A stretch of DNA of 64,000 nucleotides, taken from assembly GCA_964483665.1 (NCBI GenBank), contig CAZACP010000001.1, positions 6,358 to 70,357 of the forward strand, read 5' to 3'. Under the pieces are notes generated by a model. That model had not been told where the DNA came from. It was given only the letters and a program-made list of their open reading frames with translations, and made no database searches. This document shows, in pieces, positions 29,424 through 38,808 of the stretch (position 1 is the stretch's first letter; the number at the start of each line of letters is the position of its first letter). This DNA comes from an uncultured Candidatus Saccharibacteria bacterium (GTDB lineage Bacteria > Patescibacteriota > Doudnabacteria > UBA920). Made by a program: the position numbers and the translations under genes.

Positions 29424-30527
29424 ATGAACGAATTAGTTAAACGTTTAGAAAATTTAACAACTGAAATAATAAATTTAAAATCCCATTTACACCTGCCCGA
29501 AAAACAGCAGAAGCTTTTGGAGTTGGCGGACGAAATGCAGAAAACCGGTTTTTGGCAAGACAACCAGCAAGCCCAGAAAGTTTCGCAGGAATACAACCAA
29601 CTGAAATCTTTTGTGGAATTTTGGGAGAGTTTGGAAAAAGAGACGGCTGAGGTTTTAGAGCTTGTTAAAAATAATCACGACGAATCGGAAGAAACGCTTA
29701 GCTATCTTAAGGCCCAAACAGAGGAACTGGAAAATAAGTACAAAAAAAATCGCCTGGTAGCGCTGCTAAATAAAAAATACGACGACCATAACGCTATATT
29801 TAGCATTCATAGCGGAGCTGGGGGGCTTGATGCCCAAGATTGGGCGGAAATGTTGCTGAGGATGTTTATGCGTTATGCAGGCAAAAAGGGCTTTAAAACG
29901 GAAATTTTGGAGCTTAATAAGGGCTCTGAGGGGGGAGTTAAGTCTGCGGTGGTTTCTGTCAGAGGGCCTTTTGCCTACGGCTTTTTTAAAAGTGAGGCCG
30001 GGGTGCATAGGTTAGTTAGGCTTAGTCCTTTTAATCCGGCCCATACCAGGGAAACCTCGTTTGCGCTGCTCGAACTTTTGCCTGAACTGGAAGCCCAGGA
30101 AGAAATGAAAATCGATCCCGGTGATTTAAAAATAGAAGCCAATACCGCAAGCGGCCATGGCGGCCAGTCGGTTAATACCACTTATTCAGCCATTCGCATA
30201 ACCCATATTCCGACAGGCATTAAGGTTAGTATTCAAAACGAACGTTCCCAGCACCAGAACCGCGAACTGGCAATGAAAATTTTAATGTCTAAATTAAAGG
30301 CTTTGGAAGAAGAAAGGCTTCAGAAAGAAAAACAGGAGCTAAGAGGCGAATTTAAATCCGCGGAGTGGGGGAACCAAATTCGTTCTTACGTTATACACCC
30401 CTACAAGCTGGTAAAAGACCACAGAACAGGTTTTGAATCGACTAATCCGGATGATGTGTTAGATGGCGAGTTAGACGAGTTTGTAGAGAAGTATTTAGAA
30501 AAAACAACAGCAGGTACGCAGATTTAA
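29424..30527 (+). CDS. prfB: peptide chain release factor 2 (no programmed frameshift)
   Basis: SPF and GGQ motifs, WGNQIRSY. Confidence 0.96.
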   Translation: MNELVKRLENLTTEIINLKSHLHLPEKQQKLLELADEMQKTGFWQDNQQAQKVSQEYNQLKSFVEFWESLEKETAEVLELVKNNHDESEETLSYLKAQTEELENKYKKNRLVALLNKKYDDHNAIFSIHSGAGGLDAQDWAEMLLRMFMRYAGKKGFKTEILELNKGSEGGVKSAVVSVRGPFAYGFFKSEAGVHRLVRLSPFNPAHTRETSFALLELLPELEAQEEMKIDPGDLKIEANTASGHGGQSVNTTYSAIRITHIPTGIKVSIQNERSQHQNRELAMKILMSKLKALEEERLQKEKQELRGEFKSAEWGNQIRSYVIHPYKLVKDHRTGFESTNPDDVLDGELDEFVEKYLEKTTAGTQI

Positions 30528-30676
30528 AAGAGATAACACAGATGTTCAAAATAGAAGTTATCTCTTTTTATTTTAATAAAAATTTGATATAATTAATTTA
30601 TTGAACTCGCATACAGAAATAAATTAATTTCGAAAAAGTATCTGTGGTATCTGTGCGCTGAAAAGATCTGTGATCT

Positions 30677-31354
30677 ATGATTAAATTCCAAAAAGTAACA
30701 AAAAATTATAAAAATTCCAAAGCTTTGGACGGCGTGGATTTAGACATACATCACGGAGAGTTTATTTCTTTGGTGGGCAGGAGCGGAGCTGGGAAATCTA
30801 CTTTGTTAAAACTAATAATTGGCGAGGAAGAAATAGACGGCGGGAGGATTTTAATTGACGACATTGACATCTCCCAAGTTCGAAAGTCTGACCTGCCTTT
30901 CTTAAGAAGAAAGATTGGCGTGGTGTTTCAGGACATGAGGCTTTTGCCCAGGCGGACGGCTTTTGAAAATATTGCTTTTGCAATGGAAGTCTGTGGGCAC
31001 CGGTATGAAAATATTGTTAAGGAAGTTCCCAAAATTTTAGAGCTGGTCGGCCTTCACCATAAGCGCAATAATTTTCCGGACGAAATGTCGGGCGGCGAAA
31101 AGCAGCGCGTGGCTATTGCGCGCGCGCTTTCACACCGGCCTGTGCTGCTTTTGGCCGATGAGCCGACGGGAAATTTAGACGAAGTTAACGCGGCAGAGGT
31201 TTTAGATTTGCTTTTAAAAATCAACAACCTTGGGACAACTGTAATTTTAGCGACCCACGCGGCGGATTTGGTAAACAAAATTAAAAAGCGCGTAATAACC
31301 ATAGAAAACGGAAAAATTACCATTGAGCAGGAGAAGGGAAAATATAAGTTATAA
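30677..31354 (+). CDS. ftsE: cell division ATPase FtsE
   Basis: GRSGAGKS, LRRKIGVVFQD, DEPTGNLD; upstream of ftsX. Confidence 0.93.
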   Translation: MIKFQKVTKNYKNSKALDGVDLDIHHGEFISLVGRSGAGKSTLLKLIIGEEEIDGGRILIDDIDISQVRKSDLPFLRRKIGVVFQDMRLLPRRTAFENIAFAMEVCGHRYENIVKEVPKILELVGLHHKRNNFPDEMSGGEKQRVAIARALSHRPVLLLADEPTGNLDEVNAAEVLDLLLKINNLGTTVILATHAADLVNKIKKRVITIENGKITIEQEKGKYKL

Positions 31355-31456
31355 TTAATTAAAAATAAATAAAATTAAGTAAAATTGATCATAATTTATG
31401 TGCAGAAATTTTTATTTAATTTTATTTAATTATGGTCAATCTTATTTAATTTCATA

Positions 31457-32374
31457 ATGTTCGATTCCATTTCATTTTTTAGAATAGTTAAGACAGGTTT
31501 CGTCAATTTTTGGCGCAATTTGTCTTTGTCCGCGGCTGCAACCATGGTTATGAGCATAACTTTGGTAATTTTTGCTTCGCTGTTTTTAATTTTTGGCGTT
31601 ACTCAGTATAGTTTAAAAACTATTAAGAATACCGTAGACATAAGTGTGTATTTTAAGTCAGGTCTTGGTGAGGACAAAATAAACAGCATAAAAAGCGAAC
31701 TGGAAACTAATACTAAAATTCAAACAGTCCGCTATACTTCGGCCGCGGAAGCATTTAAGCAATTTAAAGAAAAGCACAATAATGATCCTTTAATTCAGCA
31801 ATCTTTAAACGAGCTGACAGAAAACCCGCTGCCTGCGACTTTAAATGTTAAGGCCTATAATTTAGAAGACTATCCGGAAATAGCAAACCAGCTGTCAGAT
31901 ACAAAATTCAAAGATTTTATAGACAAAATAAATTATGAAGATAACCGGGTCGTAATTGAGCGGTTAAACAAAATTTTAAAATTCGTTATTACTTTTGGTT
32001 TAGGTTTGATTGCGGTTTTTTCACTTATAGCTGTTTTAGTCATTTTTAACACAATTACGCTTACTATTTATAACCGCAAAGAAGAAGTGGAAATTATGCG
32101 GCTGGTGGGGGCGACTAACTGGTATATTCGCGGCCCTTTTTTGGTTGAGAGTTTTTTGTACGGTATTTTTGCCAGCATAATAACCGCAAGCTTGCTTTCC
32201 CCGGTATTTACCAAGTTTTTACCCAAAATTGCTTTTTACGTAAACCCGCAAATTTCGGTGTTTAACCAAAACATATTTAATTTTTGGTTTTTAATGCTTA
32301 TTTTATTGGCTTTAGGCTTGATTTTGTCGGTTGTTTCCACTCTGCTTGCTATAAGGCGGTATTTAAAAATATAG
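31457..32374 (+). CDS. ftsX: cell division permease FtsX
   Basis: NPLP, NTI.L.IY.RKEE.EIMRLVGAT..YIRGPF. Confidence 0.93.
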   Translation: MFDSISFFRIVKTGFVNFWRNLSLSAAATMVMSITLVIFASLFLIFGVTQYSLKTIKNTVDISVYFKSGLGEDKINSIKSELETNTKIQTVRYTSAAEAFKQFKEKHNNDPLIQQSLNELTENPLPATLNVKAYNLEDYPEIANQLSDTKFKDFIDKINYEDNRVVIERLNKILKFVITFGLGLIAVFSLIAVLVIFNTITLTIYNRKEEVEIMRLVGATNWYIRGPFLVESFLYGIFASIITASLLSPVFTKFLPKIAFYVNPQISVFNQNIFNFWFLMLILLALGLILSVVSTLLAIRRYLKI

Positions 32375-32685
32375 CTACAGAACTACAGGTCTGTATATTA
32401 CAGAAAACAACAGAAGTTGATAAATATCGGTTTCTAAAATTCTGTAGTTTTCCGTAGATTCGTATATTTGGTAACTTTTGCAGGATTTTTATCCACAAAT
32501 TTGCATTTTTTTTCTACATAAGTATAATAAGAAAGAGCCCTAAAATAGCAGTAAGCATAAAGGGCTAAATGGCTCTCGCGAAAGCGGGATTTTTTTATTA
32601 AGAAAACTGATGGCACGGATCGAGAAACGGATGGACACAGAAGTCCGTGTCCCTCTGTAATTGTCAGTGTAATCGGTTTTATTTT

Positions 32686-33132
32686 ATGAAAGTTATTTTT
32701 ACAAAAGATGCCCCGGGGCATGGCAAAAAAGGTGAAGTCAAAGAAGTGGCGAGTGGCTTTGCCCAGAATTTTTTAATTGCCAAAGGTTTTGCGCAAGTCG
32801 CAACTCAGCAAATAATTGCGAAAGTAGAAAAGGAAAAAAGGGAACACGATCTTAAGGTATTGAAAGATACTAAGATATTGGAAAATCTAAAAGCGGATTT
32901 AGAGAAAAGAGTTTTTACTGTGGGTGTAAAAGTAGGGGACAAGGGGCAAATTTTTGGCGGGGTGCACGAGAAAGAAATAGCGGAAACAATTGCCGAAAAG
33001 AAATTTATGGTAATAAATAGAAATATGGTTGAAATAGAAAAACCAATTAAAGCCCTGGGGGAACATATGGTAAAAGTTAAGTTAGCGCAGGGAATTATCG
33101 CAAGCGTAAAAATTAAAGTACAGCCGATGTAG
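32686..33132 (+). CDS. rplI: 50S ribosomal protein L9
   Basis: [35 protein letters not shown]. Confidence 0.95.
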   Translation: MKVIFTKDAPGHGKKGEVKEVASGFAQNFLIAKGFAQVATQQIIAKVEKEKREHDLKVLKDTKILENLKADLEKRVFTVGVKVGDKGQIFGGVHEKEIAETIAEKKFMVINRNMVEIEKPIKALGEHMVKVKLAQGIIASVKIKVQPM

Positions 33133-33136
33133 TAGA

Positions 33137-33582
33137 GCCTTCTCCCGGCGGGGAGAAGGTGCCCGAAGGGCGGATGAGGGTGTTATATGCGCAACATAAA
33201 CAAAAGCTTTGTTAATCTTTCTAGGAATTTAAGAAAAAACGAAACACCTTGGGAAATAAAGTTATGGCAAAGGTTAAGGGGAAGGAAATTTTTAGGATTT
33301 AAATTTAAAAAACAATTGGTTATAGGTAATTATATTTACGACTTTGGCTGCTTTGAAAAGAGACTATTAATTGAACTAGATGGCGGACAATATAGTGAAA
33401 ATGATATTAAAGATAAAGATCAAATTAAGGAAGATTTTGCAAAAAACCAGGGCTATAAAATTATCAGGTTTTGGAATAATGAACTAGACAACAATTTTGA
33501 AGGAGTTTTGGAGACAATTAGAAAAAACTTATTATAACCCTCATCCGGCCGTTGGCCACCTTCTCCCCTAAAGGGAGAAGGC
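33137..33582. mobile_element. REP-flanked DUF559 cassette
   Basis: Arms CCTTCTCCC..GGGAGAAGG..GGATGAGGG (33137-33186) and inverted copy (33534-33582). Confidence 0.75.
33187..33537 (+). CDS. DUF559 / Vsr-like endonuclease
   Basis: LRKNET..E..LW..LR, YIYDF, IELDG.Q, GYKIIRFWN. Confidence 0.9.
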   Translation: MRNINKSFVNLSRNLRKNETPWEIKLWQRLRGRKFLGFKFKKQLVIGNYIYDFGCFEKRLLIELDGGQYSENDIKDKDQIKEDFAKNQGYKIIRFWNNELDNNFEGVLETIRKNLL

Positions 33583-33608
33583 AAACTAACATCCGTTTTG
33601 CTAAAATT

Positions 33609-35129
33609 ATGGAATCTTTTCCTCCAATTCATGAAATAGACCACCCGGCAATGCCAAAGTCCAGGCTTAATAGCTTGTTGATTATTTTAATGGTGACTTT
33701 ATTTTTAAGCGGCGGAGCTTTAATAGTTCTAAAGCAAATAGACACTTACCACAGAAAGCAGCTATATATAGCCACTAATGCCGCTTTGCCGGTGCATAAA
33801 GCCAAATTAACAAAATCCAATGTAGAAGTAAAAACTTTTGTGAGTCCTGAGTTTGGTTTTGTTCAGGAGTATACAGAGTTTTATGAGTCATACGAAATAA
33901 GCCCAATCGAAGCTTTTCCGGTTTTAAACTATGAAAAAGGACCAAAAGGCTACAAAAAAGGCTACAGGTTTGCTTCCTCGTTAAGCAGCGTGTTTTGTCC
34001 GGTTTTAGAAGTTTTGGTCTACTCAACCGAAGAAAAAACCGCGGCAAATTGGTTAAAGGTTAATACCGATATAAAAGGAGCTTTTGCAAGTCAGTCCGCA
34101 GAAAATATAAATCAGATTGAGTTTATAAAGCTTACGGGTCCTGGGGGCGATATGGTTCCAAGTGAGGTGTATTTGGCTTTGGCAAATAAGAATTTATACC
34201 AGTTAAATTTAAACTTTGGCCTTAAAGGCGACGCAGTAGACCCTAAATGCGGCAATATACTTTCGGGCTTTAAATTAACCGGTTTAACATCAGCAGAATG
34301 GAAAACATATAAGAATGAGGAATATGGGTTTGAGATGAAAATTCCATCCGAGTGGATAGTTGAAGAAACTCCTTACACGGTAATGTTTAGTACCCCAGAA
34401 AATAAAAAGCTTGCAGAAGAAAACAAAAAGAATTGCGAGACCGGAAAAAATGAATGCAACCCGGAATTTAATTCCCCGCACATGTTTTTTTCAAACAAAG
34501 ATTATTCCAAAACCGATATTATTCAACAGGAATTTAATATTAATGTTAATGGAACAGTTTGGTACAAGTACGCAATACCTAGTTTAGGTGACCCTTGGTA
34601 TTACAAAATTGAACACAATAACAAAATATACAATTTCATAATAAAAAAAGAACAATTCGAGCCTATTTTCTTTCAAATCCTCTCAACCTTAAGATTTACT
34701 GAAAAAGCTGACACCTCAACCTGGAAAACTTATAGGAATGAGGAATATGGATTTGAGTTTAAGTATCCTTTAGATTTTACAATTTTTGAAGGCGATAGCT
34801 ATCAACTACAGGGAGCAAAAAATGAATTAGTAGACGTTTTTTCAGTGCAGATCATAAACAATTCTAACAAAGAAGTGAAGTTAACGTATCTAATTAATAC
34901 TCCAGGTTCAGGATGTGGAGAAGGTGCTGAAAGAATTTCATCAATAAGTATGGAGGCTAGTAGTTTAGGAATAACAAAAGATGTATATTTATGGGGCATT
35001 TCTGGTAGTAAATGTTTTGATTACTCAGGATTTGGAAAAGGTTACATAATTGCTTCAATCCCAAAAAATTATGGTAATTTTGAATCTGTTTTTGACAAAA
35101 TAGTTTTGTCTATTAAATTTACTAAATAA
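33609..35129 (+). CDS. membrane-anchored protein with three PsbP-like domains
   Basis: TM helix, then WKTYKNEEYGFEMKIP and WKTYRNEEYGFEFKYP repeats; start moved past the REP arm. Confidence 0.75.
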   Translation: MESFPPIHEIDHPAMPKSRLNSLLIILMVTLFLSGGALIVLKQIDTYHRKQLYIATNAALPVHKAKLTKSNVEVKTFVSPEFGFVQEYTEFYESYEISPIEAFPVLNYEKGPKGYKKGYRFASSLSSVFCPVLEVLVYSTEEKTAANWLKVNTDIKGAFASQSAENINQIEFIKLTGPGGDMVPSEVYLALANKNLYQLNLNFGLKGDAVDPKCGNILSGFKLTGLTSAEWKTYKNEEYGFEMKIPSEWIVEETPYTVMFSTPENKKLAEENKKNCETGKNECNPEFNSPHMFFSNKDYSKTDIIQQEFNINVNGTVWYKYAIPSLGDPWYYKIEHNNKIYNFIIKKEQFEPIFFQILSTLRFTEKADTSTWKTYRNEEYGFEFKYPLDFTIFEGDSYQLQGAKNELVDVFSVQIINNSNKEVKLTYLINTPGSGCGEGAERISSISMEASSLGITKDVYLWGISGSKCFDYSGFGKGYIIASIPKNYGNFESVFDKIVLSIKFTK

Positions 35130-35218
35130 TATTTTAGATTCCGGATATCCGCCAGAAGCGGATTCCGGGATGACATCATTTCAATCTAAAATCATCAATC
35201 TTAAACCTTAAATTTCTT

Positions 35219-36919
35219 ATGTCCTACCACATAAAAGCCCGTAAGGCGAAAAAGTTAAATACCAAGTTTATATTCGTTTCCGGCGGGGTTATATCCTCAG
35301 TAGGAAAAGGTATTACCACCGCATCTTTGTCCGCACTGCTTGAAAGCCGGGGGTATAAAGTCGCTCCGGTTAAAATGGATATGTATTTAAACGTGGACGC
35401 GGGCACCATAAGGCCTCAGGAACACGGCGAAGTATTTGTAACTAAAGACGGCGTGGAAACAGACCAGGACGTAGGAAATTACGAACGCTTTTTAAATGCC
35501 GATTTGTCATCTTCCAATTATGTAACTAACGGCCAAATATACCAAACCATAATTCAAAAAGAAAGAAATTTTGAATACGACGGCGAAGACGTGGAAATTG
35601 TGCCGCATGTGCCGGAAGAAATTATTCGCCGAATGGAAAAAGCCGCTCAGGAGCGAAAAGCGGATTTTGTAATAGCGGAAATTGGCGGAACTGTTGGCGA
35701 ATACCAGAATGTCTTGTTTATAGAGGCTAACCGTATAATGAAGTATAGAGACGGCAGAGACGTAATTCATATTCACGTGGGTTATTTGCCAACCCCGCCA
35801 AGCGTAGGGGAAATGAAGTCTAAGCCCATGCAAACCAGCGTTAGGATTTTAAACGGCAGCGGTATTCAGCCTGACTTTTTAATTTGCCGCGCGGAAAAAG
35901 CCGTAGACGACAGGCGCAAAGAAACCCTAGCCTGGATAACCAGCGTACCGGCTTCGCATATAATTTCCGCTCCAAATTTAGACACTATTTATAGAGTGCC
36001 ATTGAATTTTGACCAACAAAAACTGACAGACAAAATTTTGGAAAAATTTAAGTTAAAGCCAAAAAAGAGCGGAATGAAAGAATGGAATAATTTGCTTTCC
36101 AAAATTACCAGACTAAACAGTTCTGAAAAAACAGTAGATATAGCCGTGGTCGGAAAGTATTACGAAACAGGGGACTATAAATTAGCTGACGTGTATATTT
36201 CGGTTGTAGAAGCTATTAAGCACGCCTCCTGGAACAACGGAGTTAGGGCAAACCTTCACTGGGTTTCGAGTTTAGATGTAGAAAAGCACGGTGCGGCCAA
36301 AGTATTAAAGGAATTTGACGGAATTGTGGTGCCGGGCGGGTTTGGCAGCAGGGGAACGGAAGGGATGATAGAAACTATAAAGTATGCTCGGGAAAGTAAA
36401 GTTCCATATTTGGGACTTTGTTATGGCATGCAAATGGCAACAATAGAGTTTGCTAGAAACGTAGCCGGGCTTAAAGGCGCAAATACAACTGAGGTGGACG
36501 ACGGCAATCCGCATCCGGTTATACATATTATGCCTGACCAGGAAAAAAAGCTCTTAAACAGGGAATACGGCGCCACTATGCGCCTTGGGGCTTGGGACTG
36601 CGTAATTCAAAGAGGTACGCACACAGAAAGTGCTTATTTATCATCATCTGTAATTAAAAAAACCGGCACCGCCAAGATTTCAGAACGCCATCGCCATCGT
36701 TACGAATTTAACAACGCTTACCGAGAACAGCTTGTAAACGCGGGGCTTACTATTGCCGGCACCACGCCAGACGGCAAGTTAGTAGAAATTGTTGAAATAA
36801 AAGACCATCCGTTTTTTGTAGGTTCCCAGTTTCACCCGGAATTTCTTTCAAGGCCCCTAAGCCCGCACCCGCTGTTTAAAGGTTTTATGAAAGCGGTTAT
36901 TAAGCTAAAAACCAAGTAA
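35219..36919 (+). CDS. pyrG: CTP synthase
   Basis: GGVISSVGKG, EIGGTVG, GLCYGMQ, ERHRHRYE, QFHPEF. Confidence 0.98.
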   Translation: MSYHIKARKAKKLNTKFIFVSGGVISSVGKGITTASLSALLESRGYKVAPVKMDMYLNVDAGTIRPQEHGEVFVTKDGVETDQDVGNYERFLNADLSSSNYVTNGQIYQTIIQKERNFEYDGEDVEIVPHVPEEIIRRMEKAAQERKADFVIAEIGGTVGEYQNVLFIEANRIMKYRDGRDVIHIHVGYLPTPPSVGEMKSKPMQTSVRILNGSGIQPDFLICRAEKAVDDRRKETLAWITSVPASHIISAPNLDTIYRVPLNFDQQKLTDKILEKFKLKPKKSGMKEWNNLLSKITRLNSSEKTVDIAVVGKYYETGDYKLADVYISVVEAIKHASWNNGVRANLHWVSSLDVEKHGAAKVLKEFDGIVVPGGFGSRGTEGMIETIKYARESKVPYLGLCYGMQMATIEFARNVAGLKGANTTEVDDGNPHPVIHIMPDQEKKLLNREYGATMRLGAWDCVIQRGTHTESAYLSSSVIKKTGTAKISERHRHRYEFNNAYREQLVNAGLTIAGTTPDGKLVEIVEIKDHPFFVGSQFHPEFLSRPLSPHPLFKGFMKAVIKLKTK

Positions 36920-36933
36920 GTCGTTACAACTAT

Positions 36934-36959
36934 AAAACCCCTCAGTAGAGGGGTTTTTA
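36934..36959. terminator. bidirectional terminator
   Basis: AAAACCCCTC-AGTA-GAGGGGTTTTT between convergent genes. Confidence 0.75.
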
Positions 36960-36962
36960 CAT

Positions 36963-37793
36963 TTAGTCTTCAAATAAAGGCGGTTTGCCGGTTTTTTTGT
37001 TTTCAACTTTTTTAATTTCCAGGTCTTGTTTTTGTCTGCCGGGAATTTCTTTTTCATTGTTTTCCGGTTTTTTGTCTTTTATAAATTCACCTTTAACTCT
37101 GTCTTCTTCTTTGTTAGGGTTTTCTTTTTTCAGTTCTTCAGTTTTTATTTTTACTTCTGTTGGGCTGGCTGAAGAAGCGCCTGTAAAGTTAATTTCTATT
37201 TCCACACCGCCTTCATGTTTGCCTTGCAATTTGAGTAAAGTTTCGGAAACCGAAGAAGCGGCTTGAGTATGTCCTTTGGCTTCCAGTTGTGCTTTTACAT
37301 CTGTTAAAATTTCCACCGCGTTTTGTAAGTTATTTTTGGCTTCGTTTTCGTAATTCTGTCGATTTGAATAATTTTCTGTTGGTTTTTCTACAGTTTGTAT
37401 GCGAAGCCTGCTTAATTCTTTTAAGCGCTCTTCGGCAAAATGCGACCTAAGCTTTGCCTTTCGTTCAGTAGATGTGCTTAGGCTAACCTCAATTTTTTCT
37501 TTGACTTGTTTTACCGGGTAAAGCAAGTCCCCGGGCACAGAGGAATTTGAAGCAAAAGCTGTTCCACCTATAAAAAATATTCCAACCATACCGGCTAAGG
37601 CAAAGCGTATAAAATGCGTATGCTGGTTATACCAAAATACTCCCTCAGGTTTGGTACTTTCCTGTGGTTCTTTAATTTTTTCTAAAATAGCCTGCTTAAT
37701 TTGCTCTTTTCGTAAACTGGGTAAAGAACTTTTATCCGCTAATTTTTTTAGTTTGGCTATTTCAGTATTAAATTTTTTAGTGTCCCATAGCAT
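36963..37793 (-). CDS. putative anti-sigma factor (DUF5667-type)
   Basis: TM helix, then SVPGDLLYPVKQVKE...AEERLKE; overlaps the ECF sigma stop. Confidence 0.75.
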   Translation of the reverse strand: MLWDTKKFNTEIAKLKKLADKSSLPSLRKEQIKQAILEKIKEPQESTKPEGVFWYNQHTHFIRFALAGMVGIFFIGGTAFASNSSVPGDLLYPVKQVKEKIEVSLSTSTERKAKLRSHFAEERLKELSRLRIQTVEKPTENYSNRQNYENEAKNNLQNAVEILTDVKAQLEAKGHTQAASSVSETLLKLQGKHEGGVEIEINFTGASSASPTEVKIKTEELKKENPNKEEDRVKGEFIKDKKPENNEKEIPGRQKQDLEIKKVENKKTGKPPLFED

Positions 37794-38331
37794 TGTTTTG
37801 CCTTAAAATTTTTCTTAGCTTGTTAAGCGCCCTATACTGCAGAACTCTTATGCTCACAGAATTTTTATTCAAAATTTTCGCGCAATCTTTTAATTCAATG
37901 TCTTGCACGAACCTTAGCTCAATAATTTCCCTATATTTTTCCGGCAGCAAAGCAACGGCTTTTTTTATTATTTCAATGTCTGAATATATAACGAGTTCTT
38001 CCGCCGGTGTTCTGCCTGAAGAAACGTTTAAATTTTCGTCTAATTCCAAATTTTCCGGGCGCCTGTAAATTTTGCGAAAGTGGTCATTAACCGTGTTGGC
38101 CGCAATAGTGTAGAGCCATGACTTAAACTTTAAACCCTTGTCAATTTTTAAGCGGGGGAGCGCCTTGTGGGCTTTTATAAAAACTTCTTGCAGTAGATCC
38201 TCAGCCTCTTGCTGGTTTTGAACTTTGGTTTTTATATACCGAAAGAGCAGTTCTGAGTAAGCGTCGTAAAGTTTTCCAAAGGCTTTGTCGTCGCCGTTTT
38301 GCGCATGTTTAATGAGTTCTGTTGTTTCCAT
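37777..38331 (-). CDS. ECF RNA polymerase sigma factor
   Basis: AEDLLQEVF, FKSWLYTIA.N...D, REIIELRF, A.IL. Confidence 0.92.
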   Translation of the reverse strand: METTELIKHAQNGDDKAFGKLYDAYSELLFRYIKTKVQNQQEAEDLLQEVFIKAHKALPRLKIDKGLKFKSWLYTIAANTVNDHFRKIYRRPENLELDENLNVSSGRTPAEELVIYSDIEIIKKAVALLPEKYREIIELRFVQDIELKDCAKILNKNSVSIRVLQYRALNKLRKILRQNNAMGH

Positions 38332-38337
38332 GCGGTT

Positions 38338-38367
38338 ATTATAACGCATTTTGGCACTTAATGTTAC
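38338..38367 (-). promoter_or_regulatory. candidate autoregulatory ECF promoter
   Basis: TGTAAC-16 nt-CGTT overlapping TATAAT, 6 nt before the ATG. Confidence 0.5.
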
Positions 38368-38427
38368 AAATCAAAATCCCGCCCTTTCGCCGGTTGGCGG
38401 ATTAAGGACGGGACAAATTTACCGAAA

Positions 38428-38712
38428 TTATTTTTTAGCGGTTTCTACGCTTACAACCCTGGTTCTGCTTAAGTTGCCGTGAAATTTTTTTACCATCTTG
38501 CTTTGGAATTTTACAACGCCATTCGCAAGAGAGTAGAGGGTAGAGTCGCTGCCTTGTCGGACGTTCTTGCCAGCGTGATATTTGCTGCCTTTTTGTCTGA
38601 CAATAACCTGGCCGGTTTTAACCGCCTGATTACCGAATATTTTTACGCCTAAGCGTTTGGAGACACTGTCGCGGCCTAGCGCTGTTGAGCCTCCGGCTTT
38701 TTTATGGGCCAT
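38428..38712 (-). CDS. rpmA: 50S ribosomal protein L27
   Basis: [21 protein letters not shown]. Confidence 0.98.
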   Translation of the reverse strand: MAHKKAGGSTALGRDSVSKRLGVKIFGNQAVKTGQVIVRQKGSKYHAGKNVRQGSDSTLYSLANGVVKFQSKMVKKFHGNLSRTRVVSVETAKK

Positions 38713-38808
38713 ATGTTTTTACTTCGTAAAAAAACAATTAATGATTAACTAAATAACAATTAACTGCGAGTGCAGTCCTGTTAATCGTGAATTGTAAATT
38801 GTTAATTG

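Noticed and set aside
29424-29520. prfB programmed +1 frameshift
   Set aside because: No CTT-TGA site; the ORF is continuous.
33552-33608. N-terminal extensions in the ORF track (also 413, 17347, 25302, 32647, 40407, 51354, 52533)
   Set aside because: They translate repeat arms or promoter DNA; downstream ATGs match the family N-termini.
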